From the NCBI GenBank assembly GCA_024720975.1, contig JANJXX010000003.1, positions 32,001 to 96,000 of the forward strand: a DNA stretch of 64,000 bases, written 5' to 3'. Positions 37,601 through 45,819 of this stretch are shown here, piece by piece (position 1 is the stretch's first letter; every line of letters begins with the position of its first letter). Under the pieces are notes generated by a model. The model saw only the letters and a program-made list of their open reading frames with translations, was not told where the DNA came from and made no database searches. The position numbers and the translations under genes were made by a program. This stretch comes from Thermoproteota archaeon (lineage in GTDB: Archaea; Asgardarchaeota; Njordarchaeia; Njordarchaeales; Panguiarchaeaceae).

Positions 37601-40549
37601 TACGCTTAGGAGTGTTACTTTCTTGCTTTCCAGTATGTATCTATCTTTCAACATAATTTTTACTAGTCTCTGACCATCTCTGCTTAAGTATATGCTTGCA
37701 TCCCAAAATTCTACCGTTATTCCCATCGTATTGTTAAATGTTACATTTACATCAAATCTAAAGGCATCCTCACCATCAACCTTTGTCTCTCCTGCATATT
37801 TAAATCCCGCGATACGGAATAGATTACTCAACCTAATTGAAGACAGAACTGACTGTTGAGTTTCCTCGGATGACATATCTATGCGAAAGTCTTTGAATGT
37901 TATCACTCCAAAGTCCCAATCAAATAACGACAAAGCTAATGTGGCATCTACGTATAATTCACTAACGTTACCATAAACTAAGCTTCTAATCATATCTACA
38001 AATTCACTCGATTCGTTACGAAGCACTATTTTTAATATCACATCCTTGTTACCTGGTCCTCTTATTGGTTCCTCGAGTATAACTTGAACTGGCGGATTTA
38101 TGCAGTCCTTCCTTAGGCTCACATCAGCAATTAGAAGACTTATAACCATCGGTATAGGTATATCAACAACTGTCTTTATGCGTATTTCGATTCGATTTGG
38201 ATACTCGGTCACATCAAGGAGCTCAACACTTCCACCGCCATAAGTCGATGTTATATCTTTCGTTCCTAAGAGCGTTAATGAGTCCATTAGCGAAACTACA
38301 AAATTCGTCTGAAAGTCTTCTAGGTTTATCTCAACTCCACCTAAGCATGCGGTAATATTTCCACGTATGATCACATTAACTGCTTTTCCATGAAGTGTAT
38401 CGTTTAAGAATTGACGTGCAGATTCCGTCTTGAATATATGTACATTAACAGCAATCAATCTTGATTCGAACTGTGGGATTCGAGTGGATTGCGGTATGAC
38501 AATTTCTAGTGCAGGTTCAATACTATTCGGAGGATATACATAGAGGTCTCCAGGTCCTATGTCTAATTCTGCACCAAATGGGTTAGTTATTGTCGCGTTA
38601 ACATATATTGCATAGCCCTCTAGATTATTAATGACAACTTTACCAGCATATTTAATGCCACTAATCTTGTAGAACTTAGATGCTTCTCCTGCTACTGGGA
38701 CACTACCACTGGAGAGGGAAATCATGCCCCCTCCTGCGCGTATAGGGACGCTATAGAACATTCTGCTGAGAAACTTCATGTCAATTGAACCAATGAACAT
38801 TACATCACTAGTCCACGTGCCTTTGATGAAAGATTTTATAAATTCACCTATGTCTGGAGAGTCTTTTCTGATTCTTATCTCTATTGTTGGCTGGCAAGTT
38901 ACTAGTCCTGTTTCTGACTCTTGATTAAGGTCTATATTTCTGATTTTCACACTTCCTATAGTACTAGAGTTGTATACTATGTTACCTCTAATTTCATATA
39001 TTGCCAAGGGCATTCTTTTATAGGTCAGTGTAACAAGCGAGTTGACTATGAGGTATTTATCTGTTGCGGTTATATTATACTTCATATCAGTTATATTGAA
39101 CCCAGCCATAAGGCTCGATAAGTCGAACCCCTGCCTCATGAATTCGCCCATATCTACTGCAGGAGCACTCACTTGACTAGTAGAGAATGTAGATAGGTCT
39201 ATCTTTTCTATCCATACGCCAGCAAAGTATACATCGGCTGTACCTGCCAAAGAGGCACTAAATTCATTGTTGTAGAGTAACCGGTTTAAGAATGCGTGTA
39301 AGTTCTCATTGTCTATAAAATCTGCACTTATGCGGAATGACCTGTTCTCATTAGGACTTACCAAGATTTTCTCATCTATTCTTACATTAAGAATTGATTC
39401 ATCATTTTCCCCTAGTAGATCAATGTATAGTGGTCCAAAACCTATCGTCCAGTTTAATTTGTTCGTTAGTTCGATCGCTACATCAAATGAGTGCCTTACT
39501 TCACTTCCGATGATTTGTTCCCCTAAGTAGCTTATATCTAGATTGCTGATTCGAAGATTCTTACTCAGCAACTTAAATATCGCATCAAATATTGATGATG
39601 AAGCCCCTGGGGATTGCACTGGTGATAGAAAACCAGAGAATTGAGATATGTCAAATTTTACCTCTGAATTTTCGACCTCTATTCCAAATATCTTCAAGGA
39701 GAGACTTCCTCTTAGCTTGCCACTGACTTTACCCTCTTTTATTGCAAGATTCAGGAAGTTTTCCAGGGCGCTTCCCTTTATAAAACGCAGATGTATTGAT
39801 GTACTGAAGTTACCACTTGCTGAGTCTAGGATGTATTCCGGTATGGTTATATCAAGCACACGGCCGAGACTAGTTAGCAAGCTTAAACTGACATCCCTAA
39901 TTTCTACGGTACCCACTTGGAGTAACTCGGTTGGAACGAAGCCACTTACGAATACCTTTGCCTCGCAGAAGCTTTTTGTCTCGTTAGTGAGTTCGATCTC
40001 TTTGATCTCAAAACTTGGGAAGAAGCTCGAAATCGAGATCGATGCACCGCCTCCTGCCGGGCTTAGGTCAATTAGATCTTTTAACGAAATGTCTAATGGT
40101 ATTCTAATAGCCTCTATCACCCCAAATAGTGATATCGGATATTCAACCCTTATTTTAGCATCTATTTGTTGGGAGGCTAGGTATGTCCTTATTAGTCTCT
40201 TCGTTGCCTCAGTTTTATATAATTTTAATGATACCGTTGATATACCCAACTGACCTGGATCTAGTGTTATTGGACTAAGGTATCCAATACCTATTAACCC
40301 ATCCGTCTGCGAATCTAATACTTTGAAGTTTATTGCAGGAACCCTCGTAGGTAACCAGTGATTGTTTCTAATCAACATCTTTATGCTTAATATGCTAGAA
40401 TCTTTCGTCTCACCAACGAATCTTATGGAGAGGGGCTTGAAGTCCATACCAAGGAGGGGCACTACTGAAATTACATTTACGGCAATATTACCTATAATTA
40501 GCAATATTACAATCGTCAATACTTTTCTCTTAAAGGTCATATACTTCAC
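31652..40549 (-). CDS. Giant N-terminally anchored extracellular protein of ~18 tandem LEA_2/DUF3712-like repeats (start likely ATG 40540)
   Basis: 2965-aa uninterrupted ORF. One N-terminal TM after KRK, ~145-aa beta-rich repeats each with an amphipathic 'FLxxLL' helix followed by 'G.....IFG', many sequons, and an acidic/aromatic C-terminal domain. Confidence 0.8.
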   Translation of the reverse strand: MKYMTFKRKVLTIVILLIIGNIAVNVISVVPLLGMDFKPLSIRFVGETKDSSILSIKMLIRNNHWLPTRVPAINFKVLDSQTDGLIGIGYLSPITLDPGQLGISTVSLKLYKTEATKRLIRTYLASQQIDAKIRVEYPISLFGVIEAIRIPLDISLKDLIDLSPAGGGASISISSFFPSFEIKEIELTNETKSFCEAKVFVSGFVPTELLQVGTVEIRDVSLSLLTSLGRVLDITIPEYILDSASGNFSTSIHLRFIKGSALENFLNLAIKEGKVSGKLRGSLSLKIFGIEVENSEVKFDISQFSGFLSPVQSPGASSSIFDAIFKLLSKNLRISNLDISYLGEQIIGSEVRHSFDVAIELTNKLNWTIGFGPLYIDLLGENDESILNVRIDEKILVSPNENRSFRISADFIDNENLHAFLNRLLYNNEFSASLAGTADVYFAGVWIEKIDLSTFSTSQVSAPAVDMGEFMRQGFDLSSLMAGFNITDMKYNITATDKYLIVNSLVTLTYKRMPLAIYEIRGNIVYNSSTIGSVKIRNIDLNQESETGLVTCQPTIEIRIRKDSPDIGEFIKSFIKGTWTSDVMFIGSIDMKFLSRMFYSVPIRAGGGMISLSSGSVPVAGEASKFYKISGIKYAGKVVINNLEGYAIYVNATITNPFGAELDIGPGDLYVYPPNSIEPALEIVIPQSTRIPQFESRLIAVNVHIFKTESARQFLNDTLHGKAVNVIIRGNITACLGGVEINLEDFQTNFVVSLMDSLTLLGTKDITSTYGGGSVELLDVTEYPNRIEIRIKTVVDIPIPMVISLLIADVSLRKDCINPPVQVILEEPIRGPGNKDVILKIVLRNESSEFVDMIRSLVYGNVSELYVDATLALSLFDWDFGVITFKDFRIDMSSEETQQSVLSSIRLSNLFRIAGFKYAGETKVDGEDAFRFDVNVTFNNTMGITVEFWDASIYLSRDGQRLVKIMLKDRYILESKKVTLLSVSIYIFKGKEAMRNFLVDLACNGLINASIDGRVGIKIFGVEFPQITFIQRLLVNITDSVGVGGYQDIGGLGGLDLEDISIIYDNQSETLLEISLSARLDHLPVKVFQYEVNISLIGWSLPAITLSSNSTIDLYNTVNGKQIKAYIKIHKSNKEYTAEVLKRIIEGKLHSLVISGEVTAEIFGVNVTLPFKLSNITSIPNTQAIIEASALPNLAVSIDKFKYIGEEIINGIKAYHFNTSISFKNPYGVDAAVGPFSIEVIRDQLTVARVFISDALVRPKETSSLIVDMYVFSRNETYKFLKDLIENSIFNASIKGYGNITFYGIEVINVNITYNLAYRLSTELVGQQSLGSSPLPLGRLKINKLYIDTLMENATLAKILIKLNLTNEYMLPVTVWDLKAVLSKGGEKAIEAVFVDSLDLSKDFMNIVIEVLFYKKDVTAEIIGDLIEGDAIVDLNVSAYLKLLEWNFTVQISLKNVSYTSSSDSLSESIVPLNIENILALKRFEQTGPRTLLIEYVFNNFINVSLGIEYLSFKVIYRDYTVAEICSAGSYSVAPGQNVTMKIYLEIKDTPATQSFLEELLRQRCINVTISGVASISLFGLNISQISLASKIFADLSKQELPQATAAAPLINVTNAQLVSTNYDGQKFEVNVSISITEVPISVSIYNLNLTLENNFGSIGYVLVPGAEMTRGATSKVNATIVLLYRPNNLPLEKLIRDIVERKILCVNVSGKLDLMVFGYRINEIPIELSLNQSLESYNSANGSVVSPYTFIPLQDLFKLLGISQKTFGARQYYDLEVNASLKIPIAAPITIGDTKITISNSGYEALKIFINRPYTLLPDNWSNISVHLAIYDNPGAKDLLESIISGGVINVTIRGSTDLLFLGAEIDDLSFDYNLCQAMNLSQQINTGANTITPSLFPLYGIDQVKVWGEDEYTANVTVSLSINSTPVYIKVHEMNLDVSNDLGKIARLRGNNMVLSPIQPTSISLDITIFKGSPALRKFIEDYLAGNNAVVNVNGSIVVQLFDSSTQYLTLNLSLDLKGLTFNMSATNASAGIVPVDFKSLIAYKSLNYVGSFYDQQDQVKYYVLSAEVDFMNRFNISFAAYDINAKLIKDNTVVAKINVPKIEAALGNTTIVAYIMLADRPKTAEFLMNLINNYNIEINVDARVGRISLFGITVQNISLRQVFGWNVSEQLESSGVQETVLSMFNMTVGSITVLGEDYSTALLNINVTVSKSKIPVEVNNLSVDILYGGVKVANVFISYLELSLDKNTTFGVNVTIFKSNRIALQGFLQDLLVKKNVTMDVWGSVRIRLFDSNYLVLEINFKYNNTRYCVSDYYEALMQGEVDASALLNNVIRYSTENLSWKVIGEDKLSATIRLIEPVQSSLNIKILRMETILHMEPLNTYTAFGIQKIVGVADLRAGVPSNVTIEIVFLKNRYLQEFLDATLKGWSINVWASTKIDLEIFGVNISNLEALSAKFMFIITPDVIQTALNSMVKTYVNGINADAVALVPIGYGTYYTNDLYGGIENAANYAVPVWNNNPSNINLWNYNWILLNYHQAVGSLGFNVGLENFKALLVYNGRYHFGSKAGQQASGTLDDFFGEVYINNLTMEAGKDSYFDVQVRLWRVNRFRGFSNTTLKDWLWSMVKYHCYNFSIVNVTFDLKIWGCYIRDVKLSKLNFTGIYDTSSLANTIKFKGMSGLSPAIDFNQWVYVTVYFKIEVPMSPEWLVYYSMLIVWDDDPIFFEDNDTGDDPPSTGSWTSGSYKSSEAEELKALDKNSNPLAHDPAQYYISPQIQDAPSSLPSYSIWFGGGGTKDLSATIDIEWTDAFHDYIGNAYLDSQYDDEYLTIIGRPEKEDVYGLLSPWEGVEDGDAWSMVLMSFEVEIVMFWWVIYYYTPGFYLVSGDWNPNILAGKIVLLISTVQWTFHDYSNTRVIVLYKDSQGEWLIKPHPNASTVENATISGICFMDSYDGEPDALEPDGNGNY
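32525..40447 (-). repeat. Protein-level tandem repeat array (~18 units of ~145 aa, alternating A/B types)
   Basis: Manual alignment. Odd units recur as F/IKY.GE....F.N..G....GP (e.g. FKYAGE, FKYIGE, IKYAGK). Even units recur as E...I.I....(L/I)PV.V..L. No obvious DNA-level identity. Confidence 0.7.
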
Positions 40550-40550
40550 C

Positions 40551-43500
40551 TTAAAGATCTAATTCTTCCGATTCGAATATCTCCAAGAACTCTTTCTCAA
40601 TCTCTTCATAGCTTATTTCTCCTGTCACTGGCGCGGCTTTTTCATGGACACTAAACCTACTTCTTGCAATGAACTTTCTGAGAGCTACAAAAATCGCCCC
40701 AACACAACTAAACGTACCAAGAACAATAAGACCATACATTAAACCGGCCTCACGAGCGGGTTTCACTTCAATCAATTTACTAAGCGATTTATCTTTGTAG
40801 TGCCCATTTCCAAGCACTTCGACTTTGATTAAATGCTCCCCATGCGAATCAGGAACCCATATTATCTCTAGAGGTCCATTATAGATCGTTCTCACGAGTA
40901 GCCTATCACCGACAATTATCGACACAATAACACCAGCAACAGGCTCATTATCATTGTCCGTAATATAAACTTTTATCCTAGCTGCATTCCCAATTTCCAA
41001 TACGCTAGGCACATATACCTGGGCGTTCAAATCTTCTTCAAGAATAGTCAATTGCGTTTCAAATGAGCTGCTAGCATGAATACTCGTTGCTGAGCTTTGG
41101 ATAATGAGTACATACTCGCCTGGTTTAAAGCTCATCCTTACTATAATTTTGGCCGTTCCATTTTCATCTGTTATTGTCGTTACCACTGGGTATTTCACAT
41201 TACTACCATTTGAGAGATAAATTGATATAGGTATTCCCGCTAGAGTCTTATTATCTTGATCGATAAGGATAACATAAATTTCTATGAAGTCGCCGTATTC
41301 TACCATTTGGGGTGATAGTGTAGCGATTATCTCGGTAGAAATCGCTTCTATAACCAACGTGATCTTAGGACTATATACTAGCTCATAGAAGTTGCTCATA
41401 AGCTGTATCTCTAGGTAGTATGTTCCTGGTAGAAAATCTACATAGAATGGATAAGCAAGTCGTATTTGTGGTTTTAGAGTACCATTGTAAATGGTGTACA
41501 AGCCGCTGATAACGACGAATACTTGACCTGAATCATCTATAACTTCTTCTCCGTCGTTATCCGTAAGGAGTATTAATAGCTCCGAACTGTGTTGATAAGT
41601 TACAGTCCATGTGTAACTATTTGAGTATACCATCGCCCTTTCTTTGCATACATACACGTAGTACGTATAGCAAGCTTCACCAACATAGAGGTCACTCCAA
41701 ACTTTGACTATTATTGCTATTTGTTGGAGCGGAATGAACATATTCGTATTGACACTAAGAACAGCTGTGCCATCTTTTACCTCCAGGATTTTACACAGAA
41801 CAGTATTTCCTGAAACAATTGTTATATTAGCTATCCCTTGCACTATTGAGCAATAATCGTCATCAAAGGCATGTATTTTTATTAATAAGGAATCTCCCCA
41901 TTCAATGATACTTGCATTAGTACTTATATCGACGCCTTTGAGAACATCCTTCTCGACAATTAAATTGCGCGCCAGTGAAGCTTCATAAAACTTGTCACTT
42001 TCATAGATCATTATAATGTATACGTACTCGCCAGGAGTTAACCATTTCGGATAGCTACTACTGAGAATACGTACTACTAATCGACCGGATAACGAATAAT
42101 TTCCTCCTAGCAAATAGATGTCATCATTTATTACTACATACACCTCGGCGTATGCGTTCACTGGCACACCGAGTTCGGTTGATACATTAGCGCAGATTGT
42201 ACCACCATCAGAGAATACAATTGTAGCGTCGCTTGATTGAATTACCAAGTGAGCTTTGCTTACAGAAACCGCTACAAAGATCTCTGATGGATAATAACTC
42301 CTCACACTGTCCCCATCAAATGCTACACGAATTTCATATTCGCCCTCGGGCAGATTCACAGCCCAGTTTATTATAGCCTTACCAGATCGGTCTGTATACC
42401 CTTCAGCTAGGATTTCTCCTCCGTACGATAGATACACATATGCGTTGGATACAGGATCTCCGAACATATCCACTAGGATTATCTGTGCCACGACTGTCTC
42501 GCTCCAAACCGGCGAATTTGTGCTTAGTGAAATTGTTATGCTCGTTAGTAACCAAACATGTACCCAAACAATGTTAGACTTTGATTTAAATACAGTGTCA
42601 TTGAGACAAAACTCGAGTCTGAGGTAACCCGCTGGCGCGTGCAATGATGCCAGATCCACAACCACTTGACTATTCTCTCCATTATAATATATTTCAATCG
42701 TATGCATTAAGCCACTTGAGTTATACACATTGATGTATACTTTTTGTCCTTCAAGGGGGATAATGCCTCCATCGTTTCGATATGCACTAAATACTATCGT
42801 GATAGTCTCGTTAGCTAGGGCATTTATTTCCGATGCATTGAATGAGAAAATTACCTCTTCCTCCCTAATGGAAAGGCGCAAACAATATACAGAGAATGAG
42901 GAGTCACTTTCCCTATCATTATCCAGATCATAAATTGTTATCTCAATGTCGCAATCCCCAGCACGCAGTGGAGTGTCTATGATTAGAAGCAGCTCGAATA
43001 GAGTTCCATTTGTGTACAATACTTGAGCTTGTTTCACTAGCACTATACTATAAATCTTTATTACTATTGTTTCATTAACTCCGCTTGGATCACTCACAGA
43101 TATTCTAATACTTAGGCCCTCGTCAGCCTCAATAATACCATCTCCAGTGCCACTACTAAGATACTCTGATACACTTACATTGTGTATAACCGGTCCGTCG
43201 ATGTCATCATCTAGAATTTCCCCGTATGTTATGAATGAGCGTGCTACGGCAGCATCTCCCTGCCAATCATTATCTTTATCGTATGCTATTACTTCAAGAG
43301 AGAATGCAGACCCGACATAGTTTATCCAAATATTCCTCGGGATTATAATATATGCCGTATTTCCATTCCAGTAAATTGAATTGTTGTTGTATGTTATTGC
43401 TACATTGTACTTTTGGAAGTACACTATAAATGTCACAGAGCCTACTCCACTTTCTTGATCAGTTATAACGGCCCATATAACTAAGTCCTCGTTACTTGAG

Positions 43501-45611
43501 TCATATATCGTTATATAATTTCCAGGGAAGACTATTTCAGGCGGGTTTGGATCATCATCAACAAGCTCGACATAGAATCTTTGACTTATAACAGCATTGC
43601 CAGCTTTGTCGATACACTTTGCCTCCCAATACAGTTTCTTCCCTACATGTGGTTTCCATTCACTTGCGGATATCACTATCCGAAACTCTCCACTTATATA
43701 ACTTGCTACAATCCAATCACTCCAGTTTGTGCCACCATAACTATATCGTATTAGCACGCGCTCAACACCACTTATCTGGTCGCTGCACACAACACTAAGA
43801 ACTATATTATTAGTCGCATTGTCTAGGAACACTGTTCCAATTTGAGGTGAATAGCTAAGAATTCTTGGGGCTATTGTGTCTATCTGAATCGGTCCTTTTC
43901 TAGCGCTCTCATTCTCATTACCGGCGCGATCTACTGCGACGACACTTATGCTCCAAACACCCGACGGCAATCCAATGGTTGCATAGAGTTGCTCGTATGG
44001 ACCATACCAGTTAAAAAGAGAACCACTGCTATAGTTATAGACTCGTACCATATAGCATCTTATGCCACTCATACTATCCGTACTTTGACTCCATGCTATG
44101 TATACATTACTAGTATTGTACCATTTCGTGGAACTAGGTTGGGGATTTATGTTTATTATCTCAGGTTTCGTTGGTGGTACAAAATCTACGTTTATTCCAT
44201 GCTCCCAACAAAGCTCCCAAACTTTAGTTCTACTTAGATCAGTTCTCCAAGAGAGCAACCCATTTATAAACTCGAATATTGTTGTGGGTTTATAAGTTCT
44301 TACAACATACCAAATATCCGAAATACTGATACTCAGCGAATCTCCAATGCCATCGCCATCTTGATCATCATCACTTGAATCATATAGATCCCATAGAACA
44401 GCGGCGACACTACTTGCGACATCAAAATCATTGCGTGAGTTATCAGAATCGTAAAGCGTTTCTAAATCGCGAAGTTCAAAGTTTTCACTGCTTATGTAAT
44501 AGCGCTTTATAACTTCTGAGAGAAATATCGACCAACCAACAACCCAAGCTGTTTTTGGGTCTGTGTGAACATTAAAGTTATAGTTGCGCTCAAAGCTAGG
44601 TAATACGCTGCGTTGTGCCAGCAAAAATTGTGCAAAGGCCATGAAGAACTCCGTGTAGTTTGTAGCAGCTGCTGCCCATAGTCTTTTATCGGTAGTGTTA
44701 TAGAAATAAACGCTAGTTTGGGCTGGGTATGTTATATTTAATCCGGGTAAGCTGCTTTCACCTAAGACGCTGATTGCAAAATCTCTAGCTAGCATTGCAA
44801 ATAACATGATCTCTCCAGCTGGTCCTCCAAGAACATATACAATGGATTGAGGGGGTGTTACATAGCTAACGGTTGTGGCATCATTCTTATAAAGTTGTTG
44901 CCCGGATATTGGATCGGTCCAATAAGAACCTTGGATATATAGACTGTACGCACCTCCACCTAAATTGGAGTAGTCGTTATACATTCGGTATAGGTAAACT
45001 CTGTTGCTCGGATCGTATATAGCAACAACATTGGATATATCTGTATAAAATTGAAGAACAGGGTCTCTATTGCTAAGCTCCCCCCAATCAAACGCATCGT
45101 AGACTACACAGAAAGCTCCTTGACTGTCGGTTCTCGTAGATATTATAAATTGCCCACTGGGAGTATAACCGTCGCTATAGGGCTCTCCAGAGTCCTGATC
45201 CCAAACGTCCACTAAGATGCCCTGTATAGTTTTATACGCACCAGAGGATGTCCGTGAATATGGATCTCTGACTTTGACATAACCATAAAGGCGAACATCG
45301 CCGCTAGGAATACTAGGTGTTCCTGAGGTTATGTAGTAGTATAGATAGGCTAATATGACTGGATCCGTGTTTACCCTAGCTTTAAGTATATCTGCCTCGT
45401 TGGCATGCTTGAGCTTTGTTTTGGAGTGCGATACCACAATTACATTTTGTGCATTCTTGGTACCTCCTCTGTGAGCATCGGTATGCAAATCATCTGCTGC
45501 TTTGGAATCCACCCGCAGGTTTTTTATGTTTGCACTAATGATTGGATCTACTATCACTGCTAAAAATATTATTGAGACGAGCATAAACCTAATTATTTGA
45601 ATTTTGTCCAA
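40551..45611 (-). CDS. Large cell-surface protein: transthyretin-like and degenerate zincin-like head, FN3/Ig-like stalk, C-terminal TM anchor
   Basis: Signal peptide, VDVWDQD...TDSQGAF, VAAVLWDLYD, repeated D.xPP/DDD..P modules with A.DRAGN and AYDKDND motifs, TD..G.A Ig-like repeats, then TM, RK and an acidic tail. Confidence 0.75.
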   Translation of the reverse strand: MDKIQIIRFMLVSIIFLAVIVDPIISANIKNLRVDSKAADDLHTDAHRGGTKNAQNVIVVSHSKTKLKHANEADILKARVNTDPVILAYLYYYITSGTPSIPSGDVRLYGYVKVRDPYSRTSSGAYKTIQGILVDVWDQDSGEPYSDGYTPSGQFIISTRTDSQGAFCVVYDAFDWGELSNRDPVLQFYTDISNVVAIYDPSNRVYLYRMYNDYSNLGGGAYSLYIQGSYWTDPISGQQLYKNDATTVSYVTPPQSIVYVLGGPAGEIMLFAMLARDFAISVLGESSLPGLNITYPAQTSVYFYNTTDKRLWAAAATNYTEFFMAFAQFLLAQRSVLPSFERNYNFNVHTDPKTAWVVGWSIFLSEVIKRYYISSENFELRDLETLYDSDNSRNDFDVASSVAAVLWDLYDSSDDDQDGDGIGDSLSISISDIWYVVRTYKPTTIFEFINGLLSWRTDLSRTKVWELCWEHGINVDFVPPTKPEIININPQPSSTKWYNTSNVYIAWSQSTDSMSGIRCYMVRVYNYSSGSLFNWYGPYEQLYATIGLPSGVWSISVVAVDRAGNENESARKGPIQIDTIAPRILSYSPQIGTVFLDNATNNIVLSVVCSDQISGVERVLIRYSYGGTNWSDWIVASYISGEFRIVISASEWKPHVGKKLYWEAKCIDKAGNAVISQRFYVELVDDDPNPPEIVFPGNYITIYDSSNEDLVIWAVITDQESGVGSVTFIVYFQKYNVAITYNNNSIYWNGNTAYIIIPRNIWINYVGSAFSLEVIAYDKDNDWQGDAAVARSFITYGEILDDDIDGPVIHNVSVSEYLSSGTGDGIIEADEGLSIRISVSDPSGVNETIVIKIYSIVLVKQAQVLYTNGTLFELLLIIDTPLRAGDCDIEITIYDLDNDRESDSSFSVYCLRLSIREEEVIFSFNASEINALANETITIVFSAYRNDGGIIPLEGQKVYINVYNSSGLMHTIEIYYNGENSQVVVDLASLHAPAGYLRLEFCLNDTVFKSKSNIVWVHVWLLTSITISLSTNSPVWSETVVAQIILVDMFGDPVSNAYVYLSYGGEILAEGYTDRSGKAIINWAVNLPEGEYEIRVAFDGDSVRSYYPSEIFVAVSVSKAHLVIQSSDATIVFSDGGTICANVSTELGVPVNAYAEVYVVINDDIYLLGGNYSLSGRLVVRILSSSYPKWLTPGEYVYIIMIYESDKFYEASLARNLIVEKDVLKGVDISTNASIIEWGDSLLIKIHAFDDDYCSIVQGIANITIVSGNTVLCKILEVKDGTAVLSVNTNMFIPLQQIAIIVKVWSDLYVGEACYTYYVYVCKERAMVYSNSYTWTVTYQHSSELLILLTDNDGEEVIDDSGQVFVVISGLYTIYNGTLKPQIRLAYPFYVDFLPGTYYLEIQLMSNFYELVYSPKITLVIEAISTEIIATLSPQMVEYGDFIEIYVILIDQDNKTLAGIPISIYLSNGSNVKYPVVTTITDENGTAKIIVRMSFKPGEYVLIIQSSATSIHASSSFETQLTILEEDLNAQVYVPSVLEIGNAARIKVYITDNDNEPVAGVIVSIIVGDRLLVRTIYNGPLEIIWVPDSHGEHLIKVEVLGNGHYKDKSLSKLIEVKPAREAGLMYGLIVLGTFSCVGAIFVALRKFIARSRFSVHEKAAPVTGEISYEEIEKEFLEIFESEELDL

Positions 45612-45819
45612 GTTTCATCGCATGACCACACTCCCCATAAAAGTTTCTGAAAACTTTATCCTAAAGATTTAAAAGCCAGAGGGGTTAAACTAAGAAATTT
45701 CAATAAAACTGTTAAATTTCCGTATAAATCTCGGCTAGTATCTAACATATAATTATAGTAATTTGTGTTTATAAATATTTATCTCAGCGTTTCGAAGGAA
45801 GTATTACGCCAGTAGGATT

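Noticed and set aside
39648-40253. 201-aa + strand ORF and other antisense ORFs inside the giant genes and elsewhere
   Set aside because: They lie fully antisense to well-supported CDSs, with no motifs or SD, as expected for shadow ORFs.
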